This document shows, piece after piece, positions 63,798 through 64,000 of a DNA stretch of 64,000 nucleotides. Source of the stretch: Squalus acanthias (taxonomy: Eukaryota); contig JASTWF010000035.1 in assembly GCA_030390025.1 (NCBI GenBank), forward strand, positions 930,001 through 994,000, given 5' to 3'. The notes under the pieces were generated by a model, which searched no databases, was not told the origin of the DNA, and saw only the letters and a program-made list of their open reading frames with translations. The first letter of the stretch is position 1. Every line of letters starts with the position of its first letter. The translations under genes and the position numbers were made by a program.

Positions 63798-64000
63798 GTA
63801 AGCGATGGCCAGAAATAGCGCTCAGCACCACATCTCTTACAAGGGGGGCTGCTTTTCTCCGCAACCTCCCTGTGTCCTGTGAGGCTGACTCTGAACATCA
63901 GTCACTTTCAATTAAGATGCTGGGGGCTGGGCTTGGGCCAGTGAGTAGTGCAGAACTGAGGGATCCCTGCATAGTCGGAATACCATCTTCAAACCGAGTC

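Overview
Vertebrate genomic DNA, most likely from a cartilaginous fish judging by its CR1/L2 LINE and SINE content (an inference). It is not prokaryotic. The only host gene I can support is a PDCD4-family gene on the + strand. Nine internal coding exons (35355-63797; 1273 nt, about 424 codons) have canonical AG/GT boundaries and join in frame to encode the N-terminal basic/degron region and both MA3 domains. The ATG exon could not be placed with confidence, and the last exon lies beyond the window. The rest is repeat-rich: an 11-kb (GA/CA) compound microsatellite, a 200-N gap, at least eight tandem arrays, two near-full-length CR1 LINEs, an L2 LINE, many CR1 fragments, two tRNA-derived SINE families and a hAT-type MITE, often nested. 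I found no clearly new biological system. The best leads are a divergent PDCD4 degron and paralog signature, a pre-miRNA-sized hairpin built from two inverted CR1 tails, a GAGCGG(N)CAGTG-like core shared by unrelated minisatellites, and a minisatellite that repeats a splice-donor-like motif next to a candidate micro-exon. Repeat boundaries are approximate; exon boundaries were read base by base.
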